64,000 nucleotides of DNA, taken from Acetobacteraceae bacterium. GTDB taxonomy: Bacteria; Pseudomonadota; Alphaproteobacteria; Acetobacterales; Acetobacteraceae. The stretch spans positions 8,401 to 72,400 of the forward strand of contig CBDCAA010000002.1 in NCBI GenBank assembly GCA_965213855.1, given 5' to 3'. The notes under the pieces were generated by a model that saw only the letters and a program-made list of their open reading frames with translations, made no database searches and was not told the DNA's origin. Within the stretch, counting starts at the first letter, position 1. Each line of letters opens with the position of its first letter. The translations under genes were made by a program, and so were the position numbers. Below, one piece after another: positions 1 through 10,657 of this stretch.

Positions 1-815
1 GACATGCGCCGCCGCCACGTCCGGGTTGTGGGCGAGGTAGTAGGTCGTGTCGAACAACGCGTCCGGGTTCAAGCCCTTCTGCCAGCCAGTCGCGTCGTAG
101 CTCCAGGCGGCCTGTTGCGCCCCGGCTGTGCCGCCCGGGATCAGCGTCGCGCCGAGCTGATGATCGTAGAAGGCCGCGTCGATGAGCGGGTCGGCCGCTG
201 CCGTGCCTCCGGCCAGGAACGTCAGCCGGCCCTCGAATTGGCCGTTCGTCGTGTAATGCAGGAGCGGATCGGTGCCGGCCGCGGCCACGTCGGGATACGC
301 CGCCAGATACTTGCTGTCAGAGAACATCAGGCTCGGGTCGCGCCCCTCACGCCAGCCATACCGTTCGAAATGGAGCAGCGGATCGATACCGGCAGCCCTC
401 ACGTCGGGGTTCTGGGCCAAGTAGTAGCTCGTGTCGAAGAAGGCGCTCGGGTCGCGGCCTTCTACCCACCCATGGGCGAGGTAATGGACGCTGGCGTCCA
501 CCCCGGCCGCGCGCACGTCGGGGTTGGCGGCATCGTAGAACGCCGCATCGACCAGCGGGTCGGGCGCGGTGGCCGGCACCGCGATCGCCGCACGGCCCTC
601 GGCCTGCCCATGCAGGTCGTAGTGGAGCAGCGGGTCGACGCCAGCAGCTTTCACGTCGGGGTTTGCGGCCAGGTAGTCGGCCGTGTCGAAGCTGGCCGAC
701 GGGTTGCGCCCCTCATGCCAGCCATACAGCTCGTAGTGCCGGAGCGGATCCATTCCGGATGCAGCCACGTCGGGATTATGCGCCAGGTAGTAGGACGCAT
801 CGAATAACGGGTCGG
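1..815 (-). repeat. At least 7 tandem diverged ~120-nt (about 40-aa) in-frame coding repeats, consensus D..YYLA.NPDV.AAG.DPL.HY...GW.EGR.PS..F
   Basis: Seen in my translation (DASYYLAHNPDVAASGMDPLRHYELYGWHEGRNPSASF; DTSYYLAQNPDVRAAGIDPLLHFERYGWREGRDPSLMF; DTTYYLAHNPDVAAAHV...). It is mirrored as the periodic HVG..GQVV.RVE pattern of the antisense ORF 4..807. Confidence 0.8.
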
Positions 816-2190
816 CTACGACCTGCGCGGCCGTGATGGTGACGGTAGCGCCGCTGTTCTGCGCGACCCCGCCCGCCGAATCGATGACGGTCACGGTGAA
901 CCCGGCGGTGCCGACCGACTTGGGCGTGAAGGTCACGGCGCGGGCCGCAGCCACGAGGCTCGCGAGTGTCCCGGTGACGGTGAAGGTGCTGCCGGACTGG
1001 TCGACCGTGCCTGCCCCGCGCACGCCGAGCGTGCCCAGCGACGGGTCTAGCAGGGTGATGGCGAGCGTGCCCGTCTGGGCATTCCCGTCGCTGATCGTGA
1101 ACCCGGCGAACGGGCTCACATGCGCGGTCAGCGACACGCCCAGGGCGGTCGACAGCCCGGACAGGGTCGGCGGCGGCGGCGGCGCGACCACGCCCACGCT
1201 GCTCTGTACCGTGTTGGTGAAGACGCCTGCGCTGCTGGTCGCGTCCCCCGCGCTGATCGTGGTTTGCAGCAGCGCGCGGCCGCTCACCGCGCCCTCGGCC
1301 CGTACCACCATGCGGGTCACGATGGTCGTTCCGCCAACGGCACCTTGCGGCAACGTGACGGTGCCGAACGAGATCGAGCCGTCCGCACGCATCACGGGCG
1401 GTCCTGCTTGGAGCGCGGAGCCGACCGAGACGACCCTGCTGGACACCAGTTGCAGGCTGTCCTGTCCAGCCGGCAAGGCCGGGGTGATGGTGAAGTCGGG
1501 CAGCGTCCCGGTCGGCACGGTCACCGTGACGTCGAACGCGACCGTCTGCCCGCTGGCGACGGCCGACGGATCGGTTTCGGCTGTCACCACGGTGCGGGGC
1601 GCGGCCGTCACCAATACGGTCGACGCGGAGGCCGGGTTGGCCGCCGAGAGATCCGGCCCCGAGGGCGACGCCGCATATCCGGTCACGCTCGCGGTCGAGG
1701 ACAACGACGCGAACGGTCCGGCCAGCGCACTGCCGGCATCGAGGCTGAAGGTGATCAGGGCCACGTTCGCGCCGGAACTGGCATCGTAGCCCTGCAAGGG
1801 CGCGTCGATCGTCAGGCCGCTGGCGCCGAACAGATCGCCGCTGGTGGACAGGTCGTTGTTGGCGCCGTCCGTCACGGTCAGGCCGATGCCGCCGCTCGGC
1901 ACGACGAACCCGGCCGGCATCGTGTCCCGGAGCCGGACGTTGAAAGCCGGCGCGCCGGCCGTCATGTTCTGCACGGCGATGACGAAGGTCACGTCGTCCC
2001 CCGGCGAGACGCCGGATAGCGTGTCGTTGAACGGATCGGCCGCCAGACCGCCGCTGCTGACGGTGCCGCCGAACTGGCCGGTGAATGGGCTGAACCCGAA
2101 CGGCCCGCCCGTTCCGCTGAATGTGTCGTTGTCCCCGGACGCGTAGAGGGTGCCGGTCTGCAGGGTGAGCACCGGCAACGTGGCGGGCAT
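1..2190 (-). CDS. Repeat-rich putative surface/secreted protein, N-terminal 730 codons (3' end lies beyond the left window edge)
   Basis: My own translation of the minus frame is open from ATG 2190 (GAGGA 7 nt upstream) to position 1, so there is no in-window stop and the ORF track omits it. Listed ORFs 776..2218(-) and 833..1789(+) are its shadow frames. The product starts MPATLPVLTLQTGTLYASGDNDTF. Two segments resemble DUF11/conserved-repeat domains (GDDVTFVIAVQNMTAGAPAFNVRLRDTMPAGF; SGQTVAFDVTVTVPTGTLPDFTITPALPAG), followed by tandem 40-aa repeats. Spot checks at 871-900 and 1519-1560 confirmed the frame. Confidence 0.7.
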   Translation of the reverse strand, partial: MPATLPVLTLQTGTLYASGDNDTFSGTGGPFGFSPFTGQFGGTVSSGGLAADPFNDTLSGVSPGDDVTFVIAVQNMTAGAPAFNVRLRDTMPAGFVVPSGGIGLTVTDGANNDLSTSGDLFGASGLTIDAPLQGYDASSGANVALITFSLDAGSALAGPFASLSSTASVTGYAASPSGPDLSAANPASASTVLVTAAPRTVVTAETDPSAVASGQTVAFDVTVTVPTGTLPDFTITPALPAGQDSLQLVSSRVVSVGSALQAGPPVMRADGSISFGTVTLPQGAVGGTTIVTRMVVRAEGAVSGRALLQTTISAGDATSSAGVFTNTVQSSVGVVAPPPPPTLSGLSTALGVSLTAHVSPFAGFTISDGNAQTGTLAITLLDPSLGTLGVRGAGTVDQSGSTFTVTGTLASLVAAARAVTFTPKSVGTAGFTVTVIDSAGGVAQNSGATVTITAAQVVADPLFDASYYLAHNPDVAASGMDPLRHYELYGWHEGRNPSASFDTADYLAANPDVKAAGVDPLLHYDLHGQAEGRAAIAVPATAPDPLVDAAFYDAANPDVRAAGVDASVHYLAHGWVEGRDPSAFFDTSYYLAQNPDVRAAGIDPLLHFERYGWREGRDPSLMFSDSKYLAAYPDVAAAGTDPLLHYTTNGQFEGRLTFLAGGTAAADPLIDAAFYDHQLGATLIPGGTAGAQQAAWSYDATGWQKGLNPDALFDTTYYLAHNPDVAAAHV

Positions 2191-2245
2191 CGAACATCCT
2201 CGGATTGCTGTCCTGCAACCCTGGACGAAAATACCTAATGAGCGG

Positions 2246-2668
2246 TTAACGCCGCAGCAGCACGTCCTTGGCCTGGTTCACCCGGGACGCCAGCCAGTCC
2301 GACCCGCCCCCATCCGGATGAACGGCCCGCATCAGGTGCAACCAGGCCTCGCGCACCTCGGCCTCCGTCGCGCCGTCGGTCAGCCCCAATACGGCCAGCG
2401 CCTCGGCCCGGTCCATCGGCCCGCCGCGCGCCGGCCCGCTGAGGCCGCCCTGCCACATGCGCCACGCCAGCGGCGCCAGCAGCACCAACCCCGAAACGGC
2501 CAAGGCGCCGCGCCCCGTCACCAGCAGCAGTGCCGCTACGCCCAGCCCAACAAAGGCCGCGACCACGGCCAGCACCGTCTTGATCGCGCCGACGCTGGCC
2601 CGTGAGAACGCGGACACGCCGCCCGCAACCAGCACGACGAGCAAAAGACCGGCCGCAAGCCCGACCAT
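2246..2668 (-). CDS. Small membrane protein with C-terminal J domain (DnaJ-like co-chaperone)
   Basis: ORF 2246..2785 trimmed to the internal ATG at 2668, because the upstream part overlaps the maeB 3' end in another frame. Hydrophobic N-terminal helices (MVGLAAGLLLVVLVAGG, VVAAFVGLGVAALLLV), then a J domain with an HPD motif (AWLHLMRAVHPDGGGS). Confidence 0.7.
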   Translation of the reverse strand: MVGLAAGLLLVVLVAGGVSAFSRASVGAIKTVLAVVAAFVGLGVAALLLVTGRGALAVSGLVLLAPLAWRMWQGGLSGPARGGPMDRAEALAVLGLTDGATEAEVREAWLHLMRAVHPDGGGSDWLASRVNQAKDVLLRR

Positions 2669-2675
2669 GGCCCGG

Positions 2676-4976
<2,301 letters not shown>

Positions 4977-5075
4977 TCGCGCGTCCCCTCCACTTACGAG
5001 AGGTTTAAGCGCGTCCGTGGCGGAGGGGAACAGGTGTCCCCACCGCCGGCCGGCGACGGGAACTCGCAGATGCGT

Positions 5076-5180
5076 CCCCCTCCCTTGGGAGGGGGTCGGG
5101 GTGACGGTCCTGGCGCACCCGAGCTGAATGGCGGCGCATCGGGTACACCCTCACCCCGGCCCTCTCCCAATGGGAGAGGG
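5076..5180. repeat. Pair of REP-like GC hairpins (CCCCCTCCC-TT-GGGAGGGGG at 5076-5095; CCCTCTCCCA-a-TGGGAGAGGG at 5160-5180) flanked by the inverted GTCGGGGTGA / TCACCCCGGC
   Basis: Read directly. Lies between maeB and the FrhB-family gene, and the second hairpin overlaps that gene's last codons (..SPSPIGRGPG). Related copies at 7313-7340, 9632-9661 and 15299-15318. Confidence 0.6.
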
Positions 5181-6425
5181 AGAAGACGCCTTCTCGGGAT
5201 CGTGCGAGCTTTCTCCTGGCTGCGGCGTCAGCCCGTAGGGCGCCATCAACGCCCAGACATGGGCGGGGACCATCCGCTTCATGCGGCGCGGCTTTTCCCG
5301 GCGCAGGTGCAGGATCGTCTCGGCGGCCTTCATCTCCACGCGCGTGCGGGCGAACTCAAGGCCGCGGGGGCCGATCCGTGGCATCAGCCAGCCGACGACC
5401 GGGCGCAGCCAATCGGGCATTGCGCGGAGCGGCAGGCCGCCGGCCGCCCGGGCGACATTGGCCATGAAGCCGCGCACCGCCCCGGCGCGCTTCCCGCGCG
5501 ATCCCGGCGCCTGCAGCGCAACCTCCTCCCCCAACAGCCCCAGCAGCTCCTCGCCCCGGTCATTGCGGACCAGCAGCCACTGGCCACCCTCGCCAGCCAT
5601 GTAGCCCACGGTGATGTCGGCCAGGACGTTGGTGTAGTCGACGCAGGTGCGGCAGGTGAGCGGGAAGAAGTCGGGCGGCAGCTTCGAGATCGGCAGCTGG
5701 AGGAAGGGGATGGTCTTCACCCGTCCATCGGTGAACCGCAGCTCCACCCGGTAGTCGGCCCGGAACTCCAAATAGGTGATGGTGGCCGGGTCGTCGGCGA
5801 GCAGGGCGAGGAAGTCGTGGAACCGCTCGGTGGTCGTGTTGTCCGAGCAGGGCGTGCCGATCACGTAGAGCCGATCGAACCCCAGCTCGGCCTCCAACGC
5901 CCGCAGCGCATGGACCTGGCAGGGGATGCCCACCACCGCGAGCCGCCGGAAGCCGCGCGCCCGCGCCGGTTCCAGCAGCGCCAGCAGCGGCGCGTAGCCC
6001 ATCCGCATGCCCCGGCACGCCGCGAGGTCGGCTGCGTCGGTCACGAGCACCGGCACTGGCCGCCAGCGGTCGGACGGGTCGGCCACCATGGTCAGCACGG
6101 CGTCGACGGCGCCGGTCTCGAGCAGCCGCTCGGCGATGCGGGTGGTGATCCCGGTCCATTGCGCGCCCGGTGCGGGCGCCCGCAGCTCGGCGCGGAGCAT
6201 GCGGCGGAACGGGCCGAAATGCAGCTCGTCCGGCCGGGCCGGGTCGCGCGCGCGGCCGTGCACCTGGGTTTCGAGGGCGGGGTAGTCGGGCTGGATGAAC
6301 TGGCACGCGGTTGCGCAGCGGCGCGGCTCGGCCATGCGGGACACGCCGCAATCGGTGCACAGGGCGCGGGGGGCGGCGGGCCCGATAACCGGCGTCTCGA
6401 TCGTCACGGTCCGACTGTCACGCAT
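5151..6425 (-). CDS. FrhB/FdhB-family (coenzyme F420 hydrogenase beta-like) flavin/Fe-S oxidoreductase
   Basis: 424-aa ORF. N-terminal Cys cluster (CTDCGVSRMAEPRRCATACQF) and the motifs VVGIPCQVHALR, YVIGTPCSDN and CRTCVDYTN, as in FrhB-family proteins (the family includes BciB/HCAR-type reductases). Substrate cannot be assigned from sequence. Confidence 0.75.
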   Translation of the reverse strand: MRDSRTVTIETPVIGPAAPRALCTDCGVSRMAEPRRCATACQFIQPDYPALETQVHGRARDPARPDELHFGPFRRMLRAELRAPAPGAQWTGITTRIAERLLETGAVDAVLTMVADPSDRWRPVPVLVTDAADLAACRGMRMGYAPLLALLEPARARGFRRLAVVGIPCQVHALRALEAELGFDRLYVIGTPCSDNTTTERFHDFLALLADDPATITYLEFRADYRVELRFTDGRVKTIPFLQLPISKLPPDFFPLTCRTCVDYTNVLADITVGYMAGEGGQWLLVRNDRGEELLGLLGEEVALQAPGSRGKRAGAVRGFMANVARAAGGLPLRAMPDWLRPVVGWLMPRIGPRGLEFARTRVEMKAAETILHLRREKPRRMKRMVPAHVWALMAPYGLTPQPGESSHDPEKASSPSPIGRGPG

Positions 6426-6477
6426 GGACTCCTGTCGCGGGACGAACCATCTACCGTGTCAGGAGAGCGGACAAGAA

Positions 6478-6560
6478 TGCGGTCGAGAAGACTCGAACTT
6501 CCACAGGGTTTCCCCCACAAGCACCTCAAGCTTGCGCGTCTACCATTTCGCCACGACCGC
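6478..6560 (-). tRNA. tRNA-Leu (anticodon GAG)
   Basis: The reverse complement GCGGTCGTGGCGAAATGGTAGACGCGCAAGCTTGAGGTGCTTGTGGGGGAAACCCTGTGGAAGTTCGAGTCTTCTCGACCGCA folds as a cloverleaf. Acceptor GCGGTCG/CGACCGC; anticodon stem CAAGC/GCTTG with loop TTGAGGT; long variable arm; T arm GGAAG-TTCGAGT-CTTCT. CCA is not encoded. Confidence 0.9.
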
Positions 6561-6605
6561 ACCGTGGCCGCAGGGCATACCCTGCGGGAAGCGGCCGTAT
6601 AGCCG

Positions 6606-7277
6606 ATGGATCAGCCGGTATCAATCGCGGACGTTGCCCCGTTGCAGTGGACGATGCAGGACGGGCTGCTCGGCTATGACGACGCGCTCGCTGCCATGCA
6701 GGCCCGGGTCGCTGGCATTCGCGCCGGCACCGCGGCCGAACAAGTCTGGCTGGTGGAGCACCCCGCGCTGTACACCGCCGGCACGTCGGCGCGCGACCAT
6801 GATCTGGTGGCACCCGGCGCCCTGCCGACCCACCGCGCTGGCCGTGGCGGGCAGTGGACCTACCACGGGCCGGGGCAGCGCGTGGCCTACACGATGCTCG
6901 ACCTCTCCCGGCGCCACGGCACGGTGCCGCCGCGTGACGTCCGATGTTTCGTGCACGGGCTGGAGGAGTGGCTGATCCGCGCGCTCGACCGCTTCAACGT
7001 CCGTGGCGAGCGGCGGGCCGGCCGGGTCGGGATCTGGGTGGCGGACCCGGCGACCGGGGCCGAGGCGAAGATCGCCGCCATCGGCGTTCGGGTGACACGC
7101 TGGGTGAGTTGGCACGGCGTGGCGCTGAACGTCGAGCCCACCCTGGCCCACTTCGCCGGCATCGTGCCCTGCGGCATCGCCGAGCATGGCGTGACGAGCC
7201 TGGCCGCGCTGGGCCTGCCGGTGACGATGGCCGATACGGACGTGGCACTCCGGGCGGCTTGGGACGAGGTGTTCTAG
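6606..7277 (+). CDS. lipB: Octanoyltransferase (lipoyl(octanoyl) transferase)
   Basis: 223-aa ORF with LipB hallmarks ([59 protein letters not shown]). Confidence 0.9.
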   Translation: MDQPVSIADVAPLQWTMQDGLLGYDDALAAMQARVAGIRAGTAAEQVWLVEHPALYTAGTSARDHDLVAPGALPTHRAGRGGQWTYHGPGQRVAYTMLDLSRRHGTVPPRDVRCFVHGLEEWLIRALDRFNVRGERRAGRVGIWVADPATGAEAKIAAIGVRVTRWVSWHGVALNVEPTLAHFAGIVPCGIAEHGVTSLAALGLPVTMADTDVALRAAWDEVF

Positions 7278-7297
7278 GGGGTTCTATCGAAAAAGAC

Positions 7298-7340
7298 GGG
7301 GCCGACGACCCGACCCCCGGCCCCTCCCCGAAAGGAGAAG
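7298..7340. repeat. REP-like element / bidirectional terminator candidate between convergent lipB and the ABC permease
   Basis: Hairpin GGGGCCG(7298-7304)...CGGCCCC(7318-7324), followed by the family motif ACCCCCGGCCCCTCCCC (7313-7329). No clear U-tract. Confidence 0.4.
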
Positions 7341-7351
7341 TTGAAGCGGGG

Positions 7352-8011
7352 TCATCGGGCGATCCGCCGGTCCAGCCGGGCCTCGAGGCGGCCGGCGCCA
7401 TAGGAGATCGGCCAGCACAGGACGAAGTAAAACAACGCGACCAGCGGATAAACGACCATCGGCTGGAAGGTGACGTTCACCATCAGCTGCCCGGCCCGGG
7501 TCAGCTCGACGAAGCCGACGATGGCGGCCACCGAGGTGTTCTTGATCAGTTGCACCAGGAACCCGACCGTCGGCGGGATCGCGATCCGCGCCGCCTGCGG
7601 CAGGATGACGGTCCGCAGCGTCGCGCGGCGGCGCAGGCCGAGCGCGGTCGCCGCCTCCCACTGCGTGCGTGGGATCGCCTCGATCGTGCCGCGCCAGATG
7701 TCGCCCAGGAACGCCGCCGCGTACAGCGTGAACGCCAGCGCCACCGCCGGCCACGGATCGAGCCGCAGGCCGGTCACGACGGCCAGGCCGTAGAAGGCGA
7801 CGAACAGCTGCATCAGCAACGGCGTCCCCTGCAGCAGGATCGTGAACGCCCACGCCATCGCCCGCACCGGCCTTAGCGGCGACACGCGCGCCAGCGCCAC
7901 CACGAACCCGCCCAAGCCGCCGCCGACGAAGGCGACCAGCGTCAGCAACACCGTCCAGCGCAGCGCCGCCACCAGGAACATCAGCTCATGCGCGCCGAAC
8001 CCGCGGCTCAC
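7352..8011 (-). CDS. Polar amino-acid ABC transporter permease (His/Glu/Gln/Arg/opine family)
   Basis: 219-aa multi-TM ORF with a family-typical N-terminus (ALRWTVLLTLVAFVGGGLGG) and conserved loop (EAATALGLRRRATLRTVILPQA). 4-nt overlap with the upstream permease. Confidence 0.85.
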   Translation of the reverse strand: MSRGFGAHELMFLVAALRWTVLLTLVAFVGGGLGGFVVALARVSPLRPVRAMAWAFTILLQGTPLLMQLFVAFYGLAVVTGLRLDPWPAVALAFTLYAAAFLGDIWRGTIEAIPRTQWEAATALGLRRRATLRTVILPQAARIAIPPTVGFLVQLIKNTSVAAIVGFVELTRAGQLMVNVTFQPMVVYPLVALFYFVLCWPISYGAGRLEARLDRRIAR

Positions 8012-8694
8012 GCGCGCGCGCCCATCGCCGGCCGGCCGCGCACGAACAGCGCCCAGAACCCGGCATCCAGCACCAGCCGCGCCAGCCCGGCCATGGCCAG
8101 GTAGATCCCGGTCGCCGCGAAGTAGAACTCAAAGCTGCGGAACGTGGTCGATTGCAGGCTGTTGACCGCCGACGTCAGCTCCTCGGCCGAGATCGCCGAC
8201 ACGACCGAGGACCCGAGCAGGATCAGGATGAACTGCGACGCCAGGCCCGGGTAGCAGACCCGCAGCGCCGGAAATAGCACGACGTGGCGGAAGATGCGCA
8301 GCGGCCCCAGCCCGAGCGCCCGTGCCGCCTCCGTCTGGCCCGCCGGCACCGCCTCGATCCCCGAGCGCAGGATCTCGGTCGCATAGCCGCCGAAGTTGAG
8401 CGCAAGGCCGATCACCGCCGCCTCGTCGGCGTCCATGTGGATGCCGAGCGACGGCAGCGAGAAATACAGGATGAACAGCTGCACCAGCAGCGGCGTGTTG
8501 CGGATGACCTCGACATAGGCCCGCACGGCGCCCCTGGCCACGCCGAAGCGGGACCCGGCCGCGACGGTGCAGAGCATTGCGGCCGCCAGGCCGAGCACGA
8601 ACGCCGCGGCCGACATCCAGAGCGTCGCCTCGGCACCGTCCAGCAGATTCGGCCAGTTGTCCCGGACGACGCCGAACTGGAAGACGTAGTGCAC
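8008..8694 (-). CDS. Polar amino-acid ABC transporter permease
   Basis: 228-aa multi-TM ORF (LLDGAEATLWMSAAAFVLGL; TEAARALGLGPLRIFRHVVLFPALR). Confidence 0.85.
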   Translation of the reverse strand: MHYVFQFGVVRDNWPNLLDGAEATLWMSAAAFVLGLAAAMLCTVAAGSRFGVARGAVRAYVEVIRNTPLLVQLFILYFSLPSLGIHMDADEAAVIGLALNFGGYATEILRSGIEAVPAGQTEAARALGLGPLRIFRHVVLFPALRVCYPGLASQFILILLGSSVVSAISAEELTSAVNSLQSTTFRSFEFYFAATGIYLAMAGLARLVLDAGFWALFVRGRPAMGARA

Positions 8695-8696
8695 GC

Positions 8697-9515
8697 CTAC
8701 AGCGTCGGCAGCTCCGGCAAGTCGACCTTGGTGTAGCGCTTATAGAGATCGGCCAGCACGCCGTTGCGAGCGTTCAGGAACACCCACGTGTTCACCCACG
8801 CGCGCAGCTCCACATCGGCATGGCGCACGATCGGGCCGTAGAAGGCGCGGGTCACCGTCAGCTTCTTCTCGATGCCGGCGTCCGGGTTGCGCTCGATGAC
8901 GGAGTTCATGGCGAACTCGGTCATCGCCGCCGCGTCCACCTGGCCCGACAGCAGGGCCTGGATCGTGCCGCTGATATCATCGAACCAGACGATGCGGGTG
9001 CCCTTCGGCGCCACCTTCGGGACCGTCGCCTCCTCCAGGGTCGCGCGGGTGATGCCGATGCGCTTGCCGGCCATGTCGTCGAGCTTGGCGATCGCGGTCT
9101 TCTGCGGGCCGAACACGACGATCGTCAGCGCGCCGTTCGGGTTGCAGAACGCGACCGTCTTGGCACGGTCGAAGGTGATCGAGATCGACGACAGGGTGAG
9201 GTCGCAGCGTCCGGCCAACAGCGACGGGATGCGCTGGGTCGAGACGACCTGCTGCAGATCGAGCTCGACCCCGAGGTCCTTCGCGAGCTGGCGGCAGTTC
9301 GCGACCTCGACCCCGTCCGGCTGCCCGTCGGAACCGATGATCCCGAACGGCGGGGAGCTGGTGTCGCACGCGATGCGGATCACCTTCTCCTTCAGGATGC
9401 GATCCAGCGTCGTCGTCCCCGACTGACCGGACGATTGGGCGGCCGCTGGCGGCACGAACGCGGCGAGCGTCAGTCCGGCAAGGCCAGACCCGGCAACCAG
9501 GCCACGGCGGTTCAT
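8697..9515 (-). CDS. Periplasmic amino-acid binding protein (SBP family 3)
   Basis: ORF 8697..9575 trimmed to ATG 9515, giving the signal peptide MNRRGLVAGSGLAGLTLAAFVPPAAAQ. SBP_bac_3-like body. First gene of the SBP-permease-permease operon. Confidence 0.8.
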   Translation of the reverse strand: MNRRGLVAGSGLAGLTLAAFVPPAAAQSSGQSGTTTLDRILKEKVIRIACDTSSPPFGIIGSDGQPDGVEVANCRQLAKDLGVELDLQQVVSTQRIPSLLAGRCDLTLSSISITFDRAKTVAFCNPNGALTIVVFGPQKTAIAKLDDMAGKRIGITRATLEEATVPKVAPKGTRIVWFDDISGTIQALLSGQVDAAAMTEFAMNSVIERNPDAGIEKKLTVTRAFYGPIVRHADVELRAWVNTWVFLNARNGVLADLYKRYTKVDLPELPTL

Positions 9516-9631
9516 GATGGCGCTCTCCCCAATCGTCGTTGCTGCCATAGTTCTGCCGTTGACCCCGGCGCGCAACCCTGGCGGGCCACTTCGCCACAGG
9601 CGCCGCGGGTTCGCGCGCTGCCGCGTCGACC

Positions 9632-9661
9632 CACCCCCGGCCCCTCCCTGCCAGGGAGGGG
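9632..9661. repeat. REP-like hairpin immediately 3' of acyP (terminator candidate)
   Basis: CACCCCCGGCCCCTCCC motif, then the perfect inverted repeat CCCCTCCCTG(9641-9650)-c-CAGGGAGGGG(9652-9661). Confidence 0.55.
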
Positions 9662-9665
9662 AGGA

Positions 9666-9941
9666 TTACAGGCTGGCCCGCGCCTCGAAGCCGGCCAGCT
9701 CCTCCGGTTCGGTCAGGTCTTCATGGATCAACCGCACCGCTGCCCCGGGCGGCCCGCGGCGGCAGGCGCGCAGCAGCTCCTCGACTGCTGCGGCGTCGCC
9801 CTCGACGAGCGCCTCGACCGATCCATCCGACCGGTTGCGTACCCAGCCGGCGACGCCCAGGGGCGCCGCGGCGTGCAGCATCCAGTGCCGGTACCCGACA
9901 CCCTGGACCACGCCCTCGATTCGAAGCCGCTTGGCGATCAT
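9666..9941 (-). CDS. acyP: Acylphosphatase
   Basis: ORF 9666..10034 trimmed to ATG 9941 (ATGA overlap with the upstream gene's stop). MIAKRLRIEGVVQGVGYRHWM...GWVRNRSDGSVEALVEG matches the acylphosphatase signatures. Confidence 0.85.
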   Translation of the reverse strand: MIAKRLRIEGVVQGVGYRHWMLHAAAPLGVAGWVRNRSDGSVEALVEGDAAAVEELLRACRRGPPGAAVRLIHEDLTEPEELAGFEARASL

Positions 9942-10657
9942 GGGGCGGCGGCGAGGCGGAGGAAGCGTTCGGCGAGCGCCACGTCCGCCGCGACCTGATC
10001 TCGGCGACGCGCCGCTTCGGCATCCTCGCCCCATTGCTCGACCTCGAACAGCTCGTCGAGCGACGCCGTCCGGTGCGCGTCCGCCGCGTCGAGCGCCCCG
10101 GCCTGCAGCGCGAGGCCCAGCACGGCGCTGCCAAGGGATGGGATGGCGATGCCCAGCCCAGCCAGGACCATTGGGTCGAAGCCGGCCATGACGGCCTGTA
10201 CCCGGGCCAGCGCCGCCGGGTCCTGCCGGTGGAACATGATGCCCTCGGCCGGTTCGAGCCTTGCGCCATGAGTCCGCTCGAGCCAGTCAAGCCAAGGCTG
10301 CCACGTGCGGGCCTGGCGGATTACCAGCGCGGCAGGCCGGTCGGCCCGGTAGCAGAGCAGGTCGGTTTCGGCGTAGGCGGCCAGTGCGGCCGCGGTGGGC
10401 GCCGGGTCGGGCGCGATGCGCTCCTGCGCGGTGCCGGCAAGGCGTGTGAGCGGGACCTGGTCCATGGTCATCGTGCCGCCCTTGGCGCGCCCCGCTTCCT
10501 GCCACTCCGCCCCGATCGCGGCGGCAAGCATGCGGCCCGGCACGAGCAACGGGGCGCCGCCGGGGACGCGCATGGGCTTGCCGTCCAGCAGGATCTCGAA
10601 GCCGCCCGCCCGCTGCCCGACCACGGCTTCATCCCAGAAGCGCTTGACGGCACTCAC
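9938..10657 (-). CDS. ATP12-family F1-ATPase assembly chaperone
   Basis: ORF 9938..10786 trimmed to GTG 10657 (GTGA overlap with the asmA-family stop). N-terminus VSAVKRFWDEAVV and overall ATP12 likeness. The start is inferred. Confidence 0.75.
   Translation of the reverse strand: MSAVKRFWDEAVVGQRAGGFEILLDGKPMRVPGGAPLLVPGRMLAAAIGAEWQEAGRAKGGTMTMDQVPLTRLAGTAQERIAPDPAPTAAALAAYAETDLLCYRADRPAALVIRQARTWQPWLDWLERTHGARLEPAEGIMFHRQDPAALARVQAVMAGFDPMVLAGLGIAIPSLGSAVLGLALQAGALDAADAHRTASLDELFEVEQWGEDAEAARRRDQVAADVALAERFLRLAAAP

Noticed and set aside
776-2218. 480-aa minus ORF, plus the plus-strand ORFs 4..807, 833..1789 and 1120..2019
   Set aside because: All are alternative frames of the real, edge-truncated minus-strand gene (start 2190). 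Their products are Arg/Gly/His-rich nonsense, whereas the chosen frame gives coherent domains and repeats.
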